Assembly (NCBI RefSeq): GCF_964355755.1
Contig: NC_092679.1
Span: 7,718,201 to 7,782,200 of the forward strand
DNA from: Antedon mediterranea
Lineage: Eukaryota > Animalia > Echinodermata
DNA: 64,000 nt
Direction: 5' to 3'
Positions 39,206 to 54,200 of the stretch are shown in pieces. The position numbers and the translations under genes are program-made. Under the pieces are notes generated by a model that ran no database searches, was not told the DNA's origin, and saw nothing but the letters and a program-made list of their open reading frames with translations. The first letter of the stretch is position 1; each line of letters opens with the position of its first letter.

Positions 39206-42200
39206 ATGGACACGACGCCAGCACCGACCACACCCGGTAGTCTGCAGTGTACCTACATTGGCAAAAACACCACACTATTGTATGCGCCGTATGGTGGCAT
39301 CCCGCTCAATTTATCACTTAATGTTATCTTTTTTGCTGTAAGATTTTATCTTATCTTTATATTACAATCATTTTTTTTAAATAAAATTTAATAGGAAAAA
39401 ATAAGTAAAGGAACACAAAAATATGGCCTTTAATTATTTAAAAATATTCTTTATTTTAGATTATTTTGCTGTTGTATGCAATATTTAGAAAATTAGCCGG
39501 TGAATATGGAAGGATTGCATTAGTACAGCATGGAGAAGAAAGGTAAGCCACTAAGTGTGTTCTTGTTTGCCTCTGTTTCTACAGTTTGATAAAATGCTAA
39601 AAATGCTTCATTAAAACCATTTTAAAATAGTTATTTCATGATCAAGACAGGAATTAATTGCGTTTTTTGAAACCATATTTCTGCAAGAAAATACCAGTAT
39701 TTAAATCTGTATTCTCTTCCTCCTCAATAGAGTTGAAGTCATGGTAGAACATGAAGTCAATTTTAGGCTGGGTGGAAATAGTAATAGTTAAAACATGATG
39801 CAATAATTATAAATATATCCTATACTCATGAATGAAATGACATGGTTTTAAGGTCTCTAGTAACTAGGACTAGGGTACAACTGCAATTTAATTTTAAATA
39901 TTTACTGAAGGAATTACGTGACAATTTAATATCCAAATATCCATAGTGATTCAGTTTATCTTTTATATGCTTTAATTAAAGGAAAAAACGGTGAGTAAAA
40001 TATTATGCGGTGTTTTAAAAGCAAAATTTGGACTGCATCACATTATTATGATTCTTTTTGTTAGCCTTGCTTATGATAAAGTATAAAACCAAAAGTTGGA
40101 CACATTTTTTAAGCCTTGCTTAAATACAAAAATTCAACTTGGCCTGCGAACACTGTTTTTGTACAGCTTGAAGCACACTCCACTATGAATGATTTTTTTC
40201 TTAATTTTCTGCATCGCTTGTATAAATTTATTATTACTAATTTTTAAATAATGTATTAGACTTTTTTGAAAAGGTTTAAGTTTCATAATTTAAAATTGAT
40301 TTGCACATAGAAAATCTTGAAGATAATGAACAACCCATCGTAGATCCTCAGTGTAATACACTCAAGTATCCAAATAGTTTCAAATTTCTTTATCCCATTA
40401 TTAGCTATGCAAGTTAATCTCTCTCTTATTAGGTTAATTTAAAGTAGACATTAATTATTTGATAACTTGATCCAATTAAATTTATTCTTTAGATAAACAA
40501 TATTTTCAAATACATTGTTAATAGACAGTTTATCAACTTCACTTTTCAATATTTTCTTATCGATGTTTTTGATGAAATTTATTTTTCACTTTTACTTGCT
40601 TCTGTGCATGATCATATTTTCTTTATGAGAATGAAACACATTTTAATAATTAATTCTTTTTGAAAAATATATGTAATAAATATTGCATTTCTTGCAAGAT
40701 ATTGTAAATGCATTTGCACTGACTAAGAGAATGTTGTGCGGCATCGAGTTTGACAGCATTCATACTGCAATCATTAATATTTTTTAGTTACCAAGCAATT
40801 AAGTTGCATTGAGGGTTTAGATTCAGCTTGATAGTGTCACGATGATGTCATAACTTCCATATAAGGTCATTATCATAATGTATGCAAAACCATTAGTGTG
40901 AATGCTCTGATTACTGTATTGTGTTGCAAATTGTAATATTATAATTAGAATTTTAAAAATCTAAGATCAGGAGACAGTTGTCTGAATGTGATGCGTTACA
41001 TGATGTACATTAGGTTATTAATATTTTGTTCAACAGTGGTTTGTGGGTTATTATTAGGGTGACAGTTATAACATGATGTTGATGTGGTATCACAAATGTA
41101 CCAACATTTCATAAAAATAGAGAAGATGATGTTGATGATCTTAGCAAATATCTAGAGAAGATGATGTTGATGATCTTAGCAAAGATGTAGAGAAGATGAT
41201 GTTGATGATCTTAGCAAAGATCTAGAGAAGATGATGTTGATGATCTTAGCAATGATCTAGAGACGATGATGTTGATGATCTTAGCAAATATCTAGAGAAG
41301 ATGATGTTGATGATCTTAGCAAAGATCCAATGATTTCAATGGGTTTCAAGATAGAATATTTGATACCTTGTTGATGAATGAAAGTGACAAAAAAAGACCC
41401 ATATTTTTTTTCCTTTCCCATTTTACTGTTTTTTTCTTTTTTTAGTGTATAATGTGCTGTAAAGTTTCAAATGTTGTAATCTGTTTTTGTTATATTTTTG
41501 TTGTTATTCAGGAAACCAAAACCTAAAGATGAAAGGTATTTAGTAATGTCATTTCATTTAACTGCACAATAATAATTAATAGGGAAGAAGAAACCTCTTA
41601 ATCACTTTCAAACAGTAGTTGACCAAAGAGTAATTACTTGGCACTGAAGACAATTAAACAACATCTGCGCATGATATTAAATCAATTTCTGTTGTGAATA
41701 TTTGCTCGTCTATTCCAAATTTACTAAGTTAATACAACATTTTGGTTGATGCATCACAAAGGAATGATGCAAAAAAGAATTCACAACATTGTTATATCAT
41801 TCAAATTAGGCTTTTAACTGGTCTGTTTTGAGCTCTTCAGACTCCTGTTGTTCTATACGAGCAGTGCAAGTTGATGATCTATTGTGAGCAGTTTGAAGAG
41901 CTTGTAGGCAACCAGTCAAATACACCTATAGTTAAACTATTCTGACAGTTATTCAATAAATTTATCTTGTTCCGAATTCAATACAAACTGTAAAATTTAC
42001 TTGTTTGTTTAGTTTATATATTTAGGACAATTCCAAAGGATAACCATAAGCGAATTCATTCACTATTCTTCTTAAAGGGTCTTTCACACCAGTTCCGGCG
42101 CCGGAAAATCCAATCCAACGTCAATGTTTCGTTTTCACACAGCTACGCGCATATCGATTGGTGCATAGCCACATGGAGCGTCCTGAAAACGAATCATTGA

Positions 42201-45200
42201 TGTTCGATTCGCCGGAACCGAGCCGAACAGGTATGAAAGGCCCGATCCTGTTCACGAGACAACATACACAAGATGCTCTACATAAACAAAGTCCTATTAC
42301 AAGTCTTTAGGAGTTGTAATTTGTCATTAGAATTAATTTGTTCAACAACAAAAGTAAATTTTCCAGTTTGTAAATAATAGTTGTGTAGTTGGCAAAATCC
42401 ATCTTCTAAATAGTAAATAGTTTACAGTGCTTGTTTCTATGGGAATGTTTTCTTCTTCACATTTCAAGACTTTTTATTCTCTCATTTCTCTATGTTTCAT
42501 GATTATCTTGATAAACAATAATTGACTTGTTATAATTCATATTAGTATAGTTTAATGATTGCATTTAAGTCTGACTCTTATTGTTTTGTACGAGTTTAGG
42601 TTTTTAAATTAAACAGTTAACAAACATTTCTGTTTACTTATTTTCCACTCTTAACTGTAGTTTTTTTGAAAGTATAAAACCACAGAGCACTAATGAATTC
42701 TACACTTTATGGTAAAACAGATATTAATATACTTTAAATTTTTTAATTAATAACTTTTAGTTTTTTAATAGTCATACAGTAGAAAGTAGAATAGAATACA
42801 CATGGTTGCTTGAGTACAAATATCACTGTTATCTCATTACCTTAATGGAGGTCTAAGTTTTATTATCCAGATGACTTATATCACACTTATAACATATTTG
42901 AATATCATCAAATGAAAGTTTGATATTTGTTAGTTTTTTTCTCAGCTGCTCATATTTGTTTTATATTAGTCATTTAGAAGGTACATAAAATGCTATCTAG
43001 CTTAGGGCACTTGCCATACCATGGATAAACTTGGTGTAAGGTCAGCTCACAATTGCTCACTAGCCCCATTTATATACATTATAAAACATGCCATGATTAT
43101 GTTTTGTATAATCTATAAGATGCTCTATAAGAACCTTATAAATGTCTGTTACTCATTATCTATGTAATATATTGTTATATTGTTATTATTTGCTTTTGTT
43201 TTTATTTAAATTCTTGCTTGTCTTATTTGTTTCTATGTGCTTTATTTTACGTTTTGTAGTAGACGACTTTCATATGTGCCTTCGGACGGTTCAACATCCA
43301 CCAATTTGTATGATGTGTATGTGTATTTTATTTTGACTTTTTTTCTTTCATTTATATTATGTTAATTTTCATTTTTTAGTTTCATTAACCTTCATCTTCT
43401 ATTCAGCATCTTCCTGCATTTTTAGTTTCATGATTTCTTTGATTTTTTGTATTAAAAACATGTGTTTTACAACCAAAATAATAAATTACAACCAAAATAA
43501 TAAATTAATAATCCCTGTTGTTAAACTAATAATTTAATTTAATTTTTATTCATGGAGCTATAATTTAAGAGTAACAACACACTACATACTTATTTGATCT
43601 ATCATCTTTTCAGACATACTAAACTGTAACTTAATATTGTAATTTGAGTGCGTAATTTGAATTTTAAATTTCCGGGCGTGCACATTAAGCTTTTATTGTG
43701 AGTGTGCACACTGACCGTATGATTACAAGCAACTAAAAGAATTAGTTTAAAGTCGGTTTATTCCCCACAAAAGAGAGAAAACAATACAATATTACAAAAT
43801 CAAGTTTATAATTTTATAGCTCCATGTGTAGAACAAGAAAACGATTTACTATGCACTCTTAAGACTATTGTTAATTTGTCTACTTAAAGATGTATTGTCC
43901 CTTTGTCAAATTGCAAAAAAAAAAAAAAAAAAGATTTTGAAAAAAAGTGCGTCATTTTGAAGTATCATAATAGTTATTAATTTTCACCAAAAATGAGTTG
44001 AAAAAAAAAATCATTTAACTGAAATACAGACGTTTTTTTGGTTAAAAAAATAACTTTGACTTCCAGTCAAAGTTTTCTATCAAAACATATCTCATAATGC
44101 AACGCGCTTATTTGGCTACTCTGTATGCATAATCATAAAACTTCCTCGCAATCTGTGTGAAAACACCTTCTCAACCGTGACGAGTTGTAAACAATCCTAA
44201 TTAGCAACATGCATACTCATGGTTTGAAATCTTTGTTTTCTTTCGCTCGGGACGATTATCCAGACGAAATGCAATCAAATTAATTTAGCTGTTAATTACG
44301 TAAAATTGTTGTTTTTGGCTCGAATTTTCGACTTAAGGTGAATAACTTTAATATTACTTTAAATTTAGAATATTTTGACCTTCATTTTTTTGTGTTTCAA
44401 GGGACTACATCTTTAAAGTAAAAAATACAATGGGAACAATCATAGAGATATCAAGTTGACATTCAAAGTGTTATTAGATGGTACGTGTTTACAGCAGGCT
44501 GGTGTGTTAGTAGCCATACTCTATTTCATTAATAAAAAGGATGTGCACCAATTTGGAACTGTGACATTGTTCTATACTTGCACGCTGTTTATATTCCATG
44601 AGCTGTTTTATGATTGTATGAAATCAGTTCAATGCGTGGGATGTATGTAGTCATCTAAATTATCTTTAACACTATCTACCGTAACCTCAGCCGCTCATTA
44701 CCACAATTATATAGAATTATAAACTAGAGGATAATAACTGAAACTAATTTAAAATTGTTTTTCTTTTCATAAATAGGCTCTGCCTATTTTCTGACTAATC
44801 TTCTTGTAAATTTAGTTATTGTACAAACTATCAAATGTATTTCTTTGATTATATTAATAATTGCAAATTTAAGTTTAGCATTTCTTACTAGAATGAGTAG
44901 AATATTCATTGAAATAATATTTCAGACCTCAACATTTTGAATGTCTTTTCTTTCCTTAGCTGTTCTGAATGTTAAAGGTAACATTTCATTTTCTGGGAAA
45001 TAAGGGAAATTTCTTATTTTGGTTTAATTCTTCATTTTGATTTACTTCTTCATTCTAGCTTTGATAATTTTGATTTTAAAATAATTTTTGAGGTATAATT
45101 CTTTTAAACAAGATGTTACAGTAACACCAAAAAATAACTGAATATTTTCACTTCTCGACCATCAATAGGGAGCTTTTTATGTGTGATGACCTAGAAACTA

Positions 45201-48200
45201 GGACCTATGTATATTGTATTGGGGTAATTCATTGTATTGTTGGAATTGTCATCAAGTGAAGAAATACATCCCAATGTCCCCGTATGCAGACAATGAATTA
45301 AGATGACGTAACTAGTTTCTGGTCAACGCAAACTGAAAAACGCCCAATTCTCCAGAAGACTTGCGTTACTGCAAATGTTCTTTTCCATCTTATTGTACAA
45401 ATAGTGTAGTCTCGTTTGGGTATGTGTTTTCACTGTTGCAGATTTTCATTTCACATAATGATCTAGACATTACCAATTGATAACAAAATTCAATTATAAT
45501 CTGGTTTCTATTGCCTATTGGGTACTACAATCAATATTGTACTTTGGATGTGTATTTTGTAGGATGTATCAACAAATCGTGTAAAAGTTCATTTACTGAA
45601 GAATGAATTTTACACCTTATGTGACAGGGTTAGGTTTTTATTACATTCCTCTTTTGTGTGTTTAACTTATTTATGTTTTGAGAATCAAAACAATGATTTA
45701 CATTCATAATACTAATGGTATTTTATTGTAACATAGTTTTAAACAATTTTATTTAAACTGAATCTGTGATGTTTTTATAGAAAATGTTTTAACAAAAAAT
45801 AACGTTTGTAGGTGGTATTTTAAATTAGAAAAATGATTATCACTTAATATAACATCCCTTTGTGTACAATGTGGAATTCAGGGTTGTGCGTGATGTTTCT
45901 CAGGGTATTTCTAAAATTAATGTACTGTATTTTTGTTCATTTACTATTATCTCAGGTCACCAAACTTTATAGCACAGTGTTTTTCCATATAATATACATT
46001 TTTCATTGAATTTTTCTTCATATGTTTATTCACTTTTGATGTTTTTGGTCATTTTCCCACATTTTTAATATTCGTTGTACATTTAGAAAAGGTGGTATTT
46101 AGGTATAAGTAGTTAGGGGTGTGGAATCTGTGTTTTTTCTTTGCAAATACAACAAGAAAACATTTTGCATATAATTGTTTTTGTTCCTATGATTGTGTAG
46201 ATGGACAAGCATGTTTTTTGGTGATCATAGTAAAACCAATGATGATGATGATTCGGAGCCACACTATGAAGATTATGCTGTAAGAGACTGTACCTTATAA
46301 CTTTGTTTAATTATTATTGTTGAGTTATCATATCTGATGATAACACAGAAATATTTCCATGCCATTAGATTTATTTTGTATTCAGTGGCATAACGCAGGG
46401 GGGAAAGTTTCCGGGTGTTTAGCGCTCTTAAGAGGCAATCCAATGCTGGGTAGTTACACTGCATTGAGGCTGCTCATTCCCCTGGGTTTAGCCAGTGAGT
46501 GCTCATAGCCATACGCCACTGTATTGTTGAAAGCCCAGCTTCTCCTTATTGAATAAAACAGCCAACATTTTTTTCCTTCAACTCATAAATATTGACACTA
46601 TTGTAAAGTGTGAGAAAGAACAATTATTATTTGACTACCTCAACGATTATAGAACATACAGTTTTAGATACTACAGGGCAGAGATTGTGGAAAGCTTTAA
46701 CTCATTTATTCTATGCATGGCACCATTATTATCTAAATTGATAACATTTATTTTTATTACCGTTCTTATAGGGATTCTGTTCTTGGATCAGAGCTGTCTT
46801 CACAATTACGTAAGTACTTGAATATAAATAGTAGTAAAGAAAACCACTATGTACAGTAAAATGAGATGGAGCGAGTAAGTGCAGAAACTGTTTGAACATC
46901 AGCCTATTCTCACTCCTGGTTATTGTACATTATGACTGAATAAATATTATTATTAAAACTAGAAAAAATGTCAATAATGAGATGTTTCCAGAATTACTTT
47001 TTTTTCTTTGATAGAAGAAAGAGACATAGTAAAACATTACTCTTTATACAGCCAAGAATTAGTGCGGCAATTTCAGTAGATTCAATCAATCAATCAATCA
47101 ATCAGTAGATTGCTAATTATCTTGCAGTGATAACCAAATCAGGAGGAAGTCTGGAGTAGATGCCATTCAGTATCTTCAGTTCCAGCGCTACCTCATTGGT
47201 CTTGTAGTTATCATCTGTGTCCTGTCTATTGGGGTTATTCTACCGGTCAACTTCAGCGGTGACCAGGAAGGAGGAAAGCAGAACTTTGGCCATACAACCA
47301 TCAGTAACCTTCCAACTGAGTTAGTATTTATCAACGTTACTATTTACGGGGAAAAAGAAAGGGACCATACCCAAAATAGTATGCCCCCTATGCAAATTCA
47401 CTTCAGAATCCAAGATGTATCGTTTATAGACTGAGATACAGAGTAGTTGTTTCCATTACCATCAGTCTTATATGAACATTAGAATACAGTATAAGATAAG
47501 TACTGTCTTTATAATGCTGCGTTGGTATTATTATTATTACCTTTTTTGAATGATACTGTGGCCTTGTAATCACTATTATAAATAAGATATTTACAGTATA
47601 CATTTTGTTATTGTTTTTTTCAGCTCTAAAGCATTATGGGTGCATACGTTCTTTGCAATGATTTATTTTGTCATCGCCATTATTGCTCTTCGACATTTCA
47701 AACAACATCTGCCTAACAGAGAGGAACCAAGTCATGTATGTATCAAATAGTATTGTCATCTCAAATTATTTACACATTAATGTTCTCTCTTAATGTCATA
47801 ATTTCACAAGTTGATGTTATTTGTACTGAATGTATTAATTGTTTCAGATATCAAGGACTCTGTTTGTTATTGGCATTCCATTGGAGAGGACAGAGCCTGC
47901 TCTTATTCGCCAACATTTCCAGTAAGTATTGATCTAATTCAGGTATATTTTCATATACTATGCACCTGAAATAAATAGAATGTATTTATGATACATAATA
48001 CTCAATATTATTTCCTACTCACTGCATATTATAAAACTCATTGTGAAAACCATCATTTATTCACAAACATTTTGGACCATTCCATACTAAATTTCTTTAG
48101 AATGGCAGAGTTGACTGTCGTTATATATTTTTATAAAACAATTTTTATTTACTTTTATACTGCGGTAATATTACAAATGTTGTACTGTGATGTTACAAAT

Positions 48201-51200
48201 GTTCTACTGTGATGTTACAAATGTTCTACTGTGATGTTACAAATGTTCTACTGTGATGTTACAAATGTTGTACTGTGATGTTACAAATGTTGTACTGTGA
48301 TGTTACAAATGTTGTACTGTGATGTTACAAATGTTCATTAGGTGTACATCCCCATTAGAACTTTTTGGTCAAAATCCTTATCAGATAAATCAACTTAGCA
48401 GGTGATTAATTACCTGAATCCTATTATACCCCTGTGATTTTATTAGCTCTCTTGTAATTGATTGATTAGGACAAGGTACATTCTTCAGTATGCAAGGTCA
48501 ATGGTCAGGCAAAAACTAGCAGAATTCGGCAATGATCAAATAGTTTAATGACCTGCCTATCAAAGTTGGACTTAAATAAACACATGTCACAGTAGGAGGT
48601 TAATTGACATTTACCCGAAGTTTTGAAAAACTTCGGGTAAAAATGAACACATTCTCTAATGGGGCTGTACACGTAATGTTGTACTGTAATATTACAAATG
48701 TTCTACTGTGATGTTACAAATGTTCTACTGTGATGTTACAAATGTTCTACTGTGATGTTACAAATGTTGTACTGTGATGTTACAAATGTTGTACTGTGAT
48801 GTTACAAATGATGTACTGTGATGTTACAAATGTTCTACTGTGATGTTACAAATGTTCTACTGTGATGTTACAAATGTTCTACTGTGATGTTACAAATGTT
48901 GTACTGTGATGTTACAAATGTTCTACTGTGATGTTACAAATGTTCTACTGTGATGTTACAAATGTTCTACTGTGATGTTACAAATGTTGTACTGTGATGT
49001 TACAAATGTTGTACTGTGATGTTACAAATGTTCTACTGTGATGTTACAAATGTTGTACTGTGATGTTACAAATGTTGTACTGTGATGTTACAAATGTTCT
49101 ACTGTGATGTTACAAATGTTGTACTGTGATGTTACAAATGTTCTACTGTGATGTTACAAATGTTCTACTGTGATGTTACAAATGTTCTACTGTGATGTTA
49201 CAAATGTTCTACTGTGATGTTACAAATGTTGTACTGTGATGTTACAAATGTTGTACTGTGATGTTACAAATGTTCTACTGTGATGTTACAAATGTTGTAC
49301 TGTGATGTTACAAATGTTCTACTGTGATGTTTCAAATGTTCTACTGTGATGTTACAAATGTTCTACTGTGATGTTCAATTCAATTCAATTCAGATAATAT
49401 TTATTTAGATAATAATGAATGAATGTACTGTGATGTTACAAATGTTGTACTGTGATGTTTCAAATGTTCTACTGTGATGTTACAAATGTTCTACTGTGAT
49501 GTTCAATTCAATTCAATTCAGATAATATTTATTTAGATAATAATGAATGAATGTACTGTGATGTTACAAATGTTGTACTGTGATGTTTCAAATGTTCTAC
49601 TGTGATGTTACAAATGTTCTACTGTGATGTTACAAATGTTCTACTGTGATGTTACAAATGTTCTTTTAAATTGAATACAAACATAAATCAAATTACTTAT
49701 GAAATATACGATCAAATTCAATTTTTCAGGATGTTAGCGGAGACTAATAATAGCAAATAATCAATCATAGTTGACGGAACCATTAGGGATATTCTCAGAA
49801 ATTCCAGCTTTTAGACACAAAAGCAATATATTTTAATTCACAATAAAACCGATTATAAACGAAAGGTAGACCAAAAAGATCGCAGCTTGAACAAGTTGGT
49901 TTAATAAATAATTAAAACAAAAAAATGAAATAAATAGACATCAATATATAGGTCAATAAACTTTAAAATTAGTTTCAGTCATCTTGGTATTTATTTCTAA
50001 AAACTTTGTTTTTGTCTTCAGGGAGGCCTATCCTGATGTTGAAGTGACTGATGTTCAATTTGCATATGACATTTCAAGACTACAGTACTTGGATCAGGCA
50101 AGGTAAAGTTTACTTTTATATTGTTTATTCATATCACATTTTGCAACCAAGCCGAAGACAAACTGGAGGCAGTAAAGTAAAAATCGAGTGATGAAAGAGA
50201 AGATGATTTTCTTCCAGCTGCTGATAATTTGTCTTTCCGAAATGCTACATATCTAGCAATTGCTATCTCACTATCTTGTGAACATTTAGACTCTGTAATA
50301 GCTATTACATCCGTTTAGTTTAGTAAAGATTACTGTATTTCTTGTTGAATTTTAGTCAAAATCTAAAAAGATTTTTTTTCAATGTCCAGAAAAGACGCAC
50401 AGGCCAATCGTATTGCGTGCGAGTCTATGCAGCAATCTAGTGGTGTTGCTCCCACTCTACGTCCGGGACTGTGTGGCCAAATTGGCTGTCATGATTGCTG
50501 TGGAGGGCCTAAGGTAAATATTAGATATACAAATAATATTAATTTCAAGTTTTGTCAAATAAAAATAATATCATGTTTAATCATGTACCAGTGAATACTT
50601 AACACCAACTAAAATATATATTTGACTTGTTGTCCATGAAAAATTGTTGGGGTACTATTAGTGCAGTTTCACATCACTATAACAATGTTTTTCAAGTGAA
50701 GAGTGTTTGGGAGATATCACTGTCCTTATTACCTTTATTGTATACATTTAGTAGCCTTTAATTATACTGGTTCTATATTTAATATAGGTGGATGCTATAG
50801 AATATTATTCAAGGCAAGCAGACCATTTGGCATCTGCTGTCATGACAGAAAAACAGAGTGCACTTCAGAGTAACTTGGGAATGGCGTTTGTCACAGTGAG
50901 CACAGTAGAGGCTGGTGCCAGGTTAGAATGATCATTTACAGTACATATTAATTATCTTAAACTCTTACTGACGACGTTCTAAGTATTCAATTGTTTATGT
51001 TTTGTTTTGTATCTTGTTTTGCTTTTTGTTTTTTAATTTTAATGTATCCATTTCTGGAAGCTTGTGCTGAAATAGAATAAATTGAATAAATTAGCTTATA
51101 ATTATAAGAAAGTATATTGAGTAATAATTTACATTCTCAAAACATCAGTGTGGTTTAACTTTTTAACTTAAATATTTTATGTGTGAGATCAGAGGGATTA

Positions 51201-54200
51201 TGTAAAGGATGTATTTTTTTTTAAGGATTGTGAGTGATTATGCCACATTAAAGACTGGACCACCCACTGTGTCTAGTGTTAGTCGCACTGTTCACTCAAC
51301 CACCTGGACTGTAGATTACGCTCCATGGCCTGATGATATTATCTGGTAGGTCAGTTTCTATATTTATTTATTTGTTGACCCATAGAGATATAATATCTCT
51401 ATGGTTGACCATGCACCTTTAAATTGGTAGTATTCTTCTGTCCATATCTTGGTTGGTTTTAACTGTAAAGAGCAATGCTATTTTAATGTTAAAGAAGTTC
51501 TGATGTTGCATGGAGGTAATTATTAATGTTTCTTTCAGGCAAAATCTTTCTGTGAGCAATTTAAAATGGTGGGTCAGTGTAATAACAGTAAATATATGTA
51601 AGTACTCATTTTAAAATAACTAAATGCTTAAATTAATAATTGAAAGAAGCTTTGATTGAGGAGAGAATCATCAGCAAGCAAATAATTGAATACAAGACAG
51701 TTAAAAGCATTTCTCTTTTGTTTAGGTTTATTTTTGGTGTTGTTTTTCCTGACTACTCCATCTGTTATACTAACAAGTCTTGACAGTACAAATTATAAAA
51801 ACGCCATTGATAACTTGAATGTAAGTATTTTACAAATTCTATAAATATTTATTTCATTTCTTTTCAAGTATGCATTTATTTTTCTTTTAAATAAATACAG
51901 ACTGAAGTAATAAAACCAAAAAAGCAAAAGCTTTGGACTAACACAACATACAGTAATTATTTTTTTATTTTACAGTCTGCTGTAATATCGCAGTTCTTAC
52001 CAACACTGCTATTGTTGATGTTTGCTGCCCTCCTACCACAGCTCGTAATCTATTCCAGCTACTACTTTGAATATCATTGGACACGTACAACGCTAAATCA
52101 TGTTATAATGCGCAAAACTTATGTCTTTCTTATGTTGATGCTGCTTATACTGCCCTCTCTAGGCTTAGCAAGGTACGATCTTGACTTATTATTTAGTGAA
52201 TTAATTGTATGACTGATTTATGATTTCAAAAATTAAAATTGTATATAGCCTTTAAATGCTGTAACATCAATTCAATGACTGTCCAGTAAATATATGTTGT
52301 TGGTTAATCTTCAGTGCCCAGGCCTTGTTTGAGTATACTCTAAGTGATCAAGAAAACATTAAGATGAGATGGGGGTAAGTGATGGGCTATTGATTAAAAT
52401 CATTTACATCAATGTTACTTTCATCCTCATGAGTATGGATTGATAACCACATATATCATTTGAATGAAAGTTTATACATGTTAGTATAGAACTAGATTAA
52501 ATGCACAGTCAATTCAACATACCATAATTTGAATTTTTGACATGTAATTTTCAATATATCATAATACCATTCATTCACATTCATCAACATTTTTATTCCA
52601 AGATCAAAAATAAAATTTGATCTTTATGAATATTATTGTAATTATCATGATTATGTCCATCTTGGCCATATATCTCATGTCTTATGTCATTTAATGTTTC
52701 TTAGTTGTATGTTTCTACCTGACAACGGAGCTTTCTTTGTAAACTACATCATCACGTCTGCATTTATCGGAACTGCTCTTGAGTTGATCAGATTCCCTGA
52801 GCTATTTCTATACATTATCACAATGGTTTGGACGAGATCTGAAGCAGAAAAAATTACTGCTAGAAAGGTAGGCTGTATTAGCCAGTAGAATGGCCTGGTA
52901 GTTGCCTTGTAATTTCAGGGACTTGGTTTAAACTAAACGTTGCTAATAACTTCTTCCAATGCTTCCAATAAAGATATAGAAATACTTTCTACAGCTAAAT
53001 GTTATACCTTGAGACATATGAGGCTGTACCTATGTGTCCCTCCCCTCTATCCAACCATTTCCTAATAATTTTAAGGAGAAAACTTCATAATAACTAAAAA
53101 ATTATTCTTTTAATTTTCTTTCTTTCCAGAAATTAGCCTATGAATTCCAATATGGTGTGAATTATGCATGGATGTTAACACTGTTTAGTATAGTATTTGC
53201 CTACAGTATAACGTGTCCCCTTATAGTCCCATTTGGTAAGTTTTAATGACCATTTTGCTAAGTCCATACATAAATTTGAACAATATATTTTGTTTTATTC
53301 TTTGGAGCCCACACACTACTACTGTATACAGACAGTCAGGTTTACTGAAAATAATTTTTAATTTAAATTATTTGTAATTGCATTGCAGAATCTTTGTTGA
53401 TCATGTTTGTTATTTTGTAGGTATGGTGTATTTCATATTCAAGCATATGGTTGATCGTTACAACATATATTTTGCATATGCACCATCTAGAATTGACAAG
53501 GGAATCCACGATAGCGCTGGCAACTTTGTTGTGATTTCGGGGATTATTCTTCAGCTTTCAATACTTTTCTTCTCTGTGTTAAGATTAGGTTTGTATCAAA
53601 TTACAACTTATTACAATATTGTAGTTTTGTTTCCGATTGATGATGCCATAGACTCTAAAGCCAGATAACTAATACCAGAAATGGTAATCAATAAGAACTT
53701 TTTCTGTTATTCAATGAGTAGAAAAACCTCTAGAGCCTCTTTCTCACAGAGCTCTGCGCTAGGAATATTGCGGGAATATACCATTACAATGCCGGTATGA
53801 TTTTCTGTGAGAACGGGTCGTCTCGACAGGACCTGCTTTAGACCTAGTAATATTCTAGGGATATTCCCCGCAATGCCAGACGGGCATTCTGTGAAAACGT
53901 AACGCCGTTATATTCCGGGGTTATATTTAATTCCCCGTCGAGGCTTTGACACCTTGAGCGGTCAAGTGTATCACTTTGGCGCCGATTCAATTCAATTAAC
54001 AATAATAATAATAATGTCGAACTGGAGGGATAATGAGATAAGAGAGCTGCTTAAATAAGGGGACAAGAAGAAATTTGTAGCATACAGTACTCTATAGGCC
54101 TAGGCTAGGCAATAGCTCTTTGTTGGTGCCTGACCCTTGTACAGCCTTCTAAGGTGTTTTACAGATTGCTGATGACGGCTAATTAATTGCTGTACCTGTA

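Noticed and set aside
45563-45628. Third TMEM63 cassette exon
   Set aside because: Open only in phase 0; in the required phase 2 it hits TAA after six codons. A poison exon cannot be excluded but is unsupported
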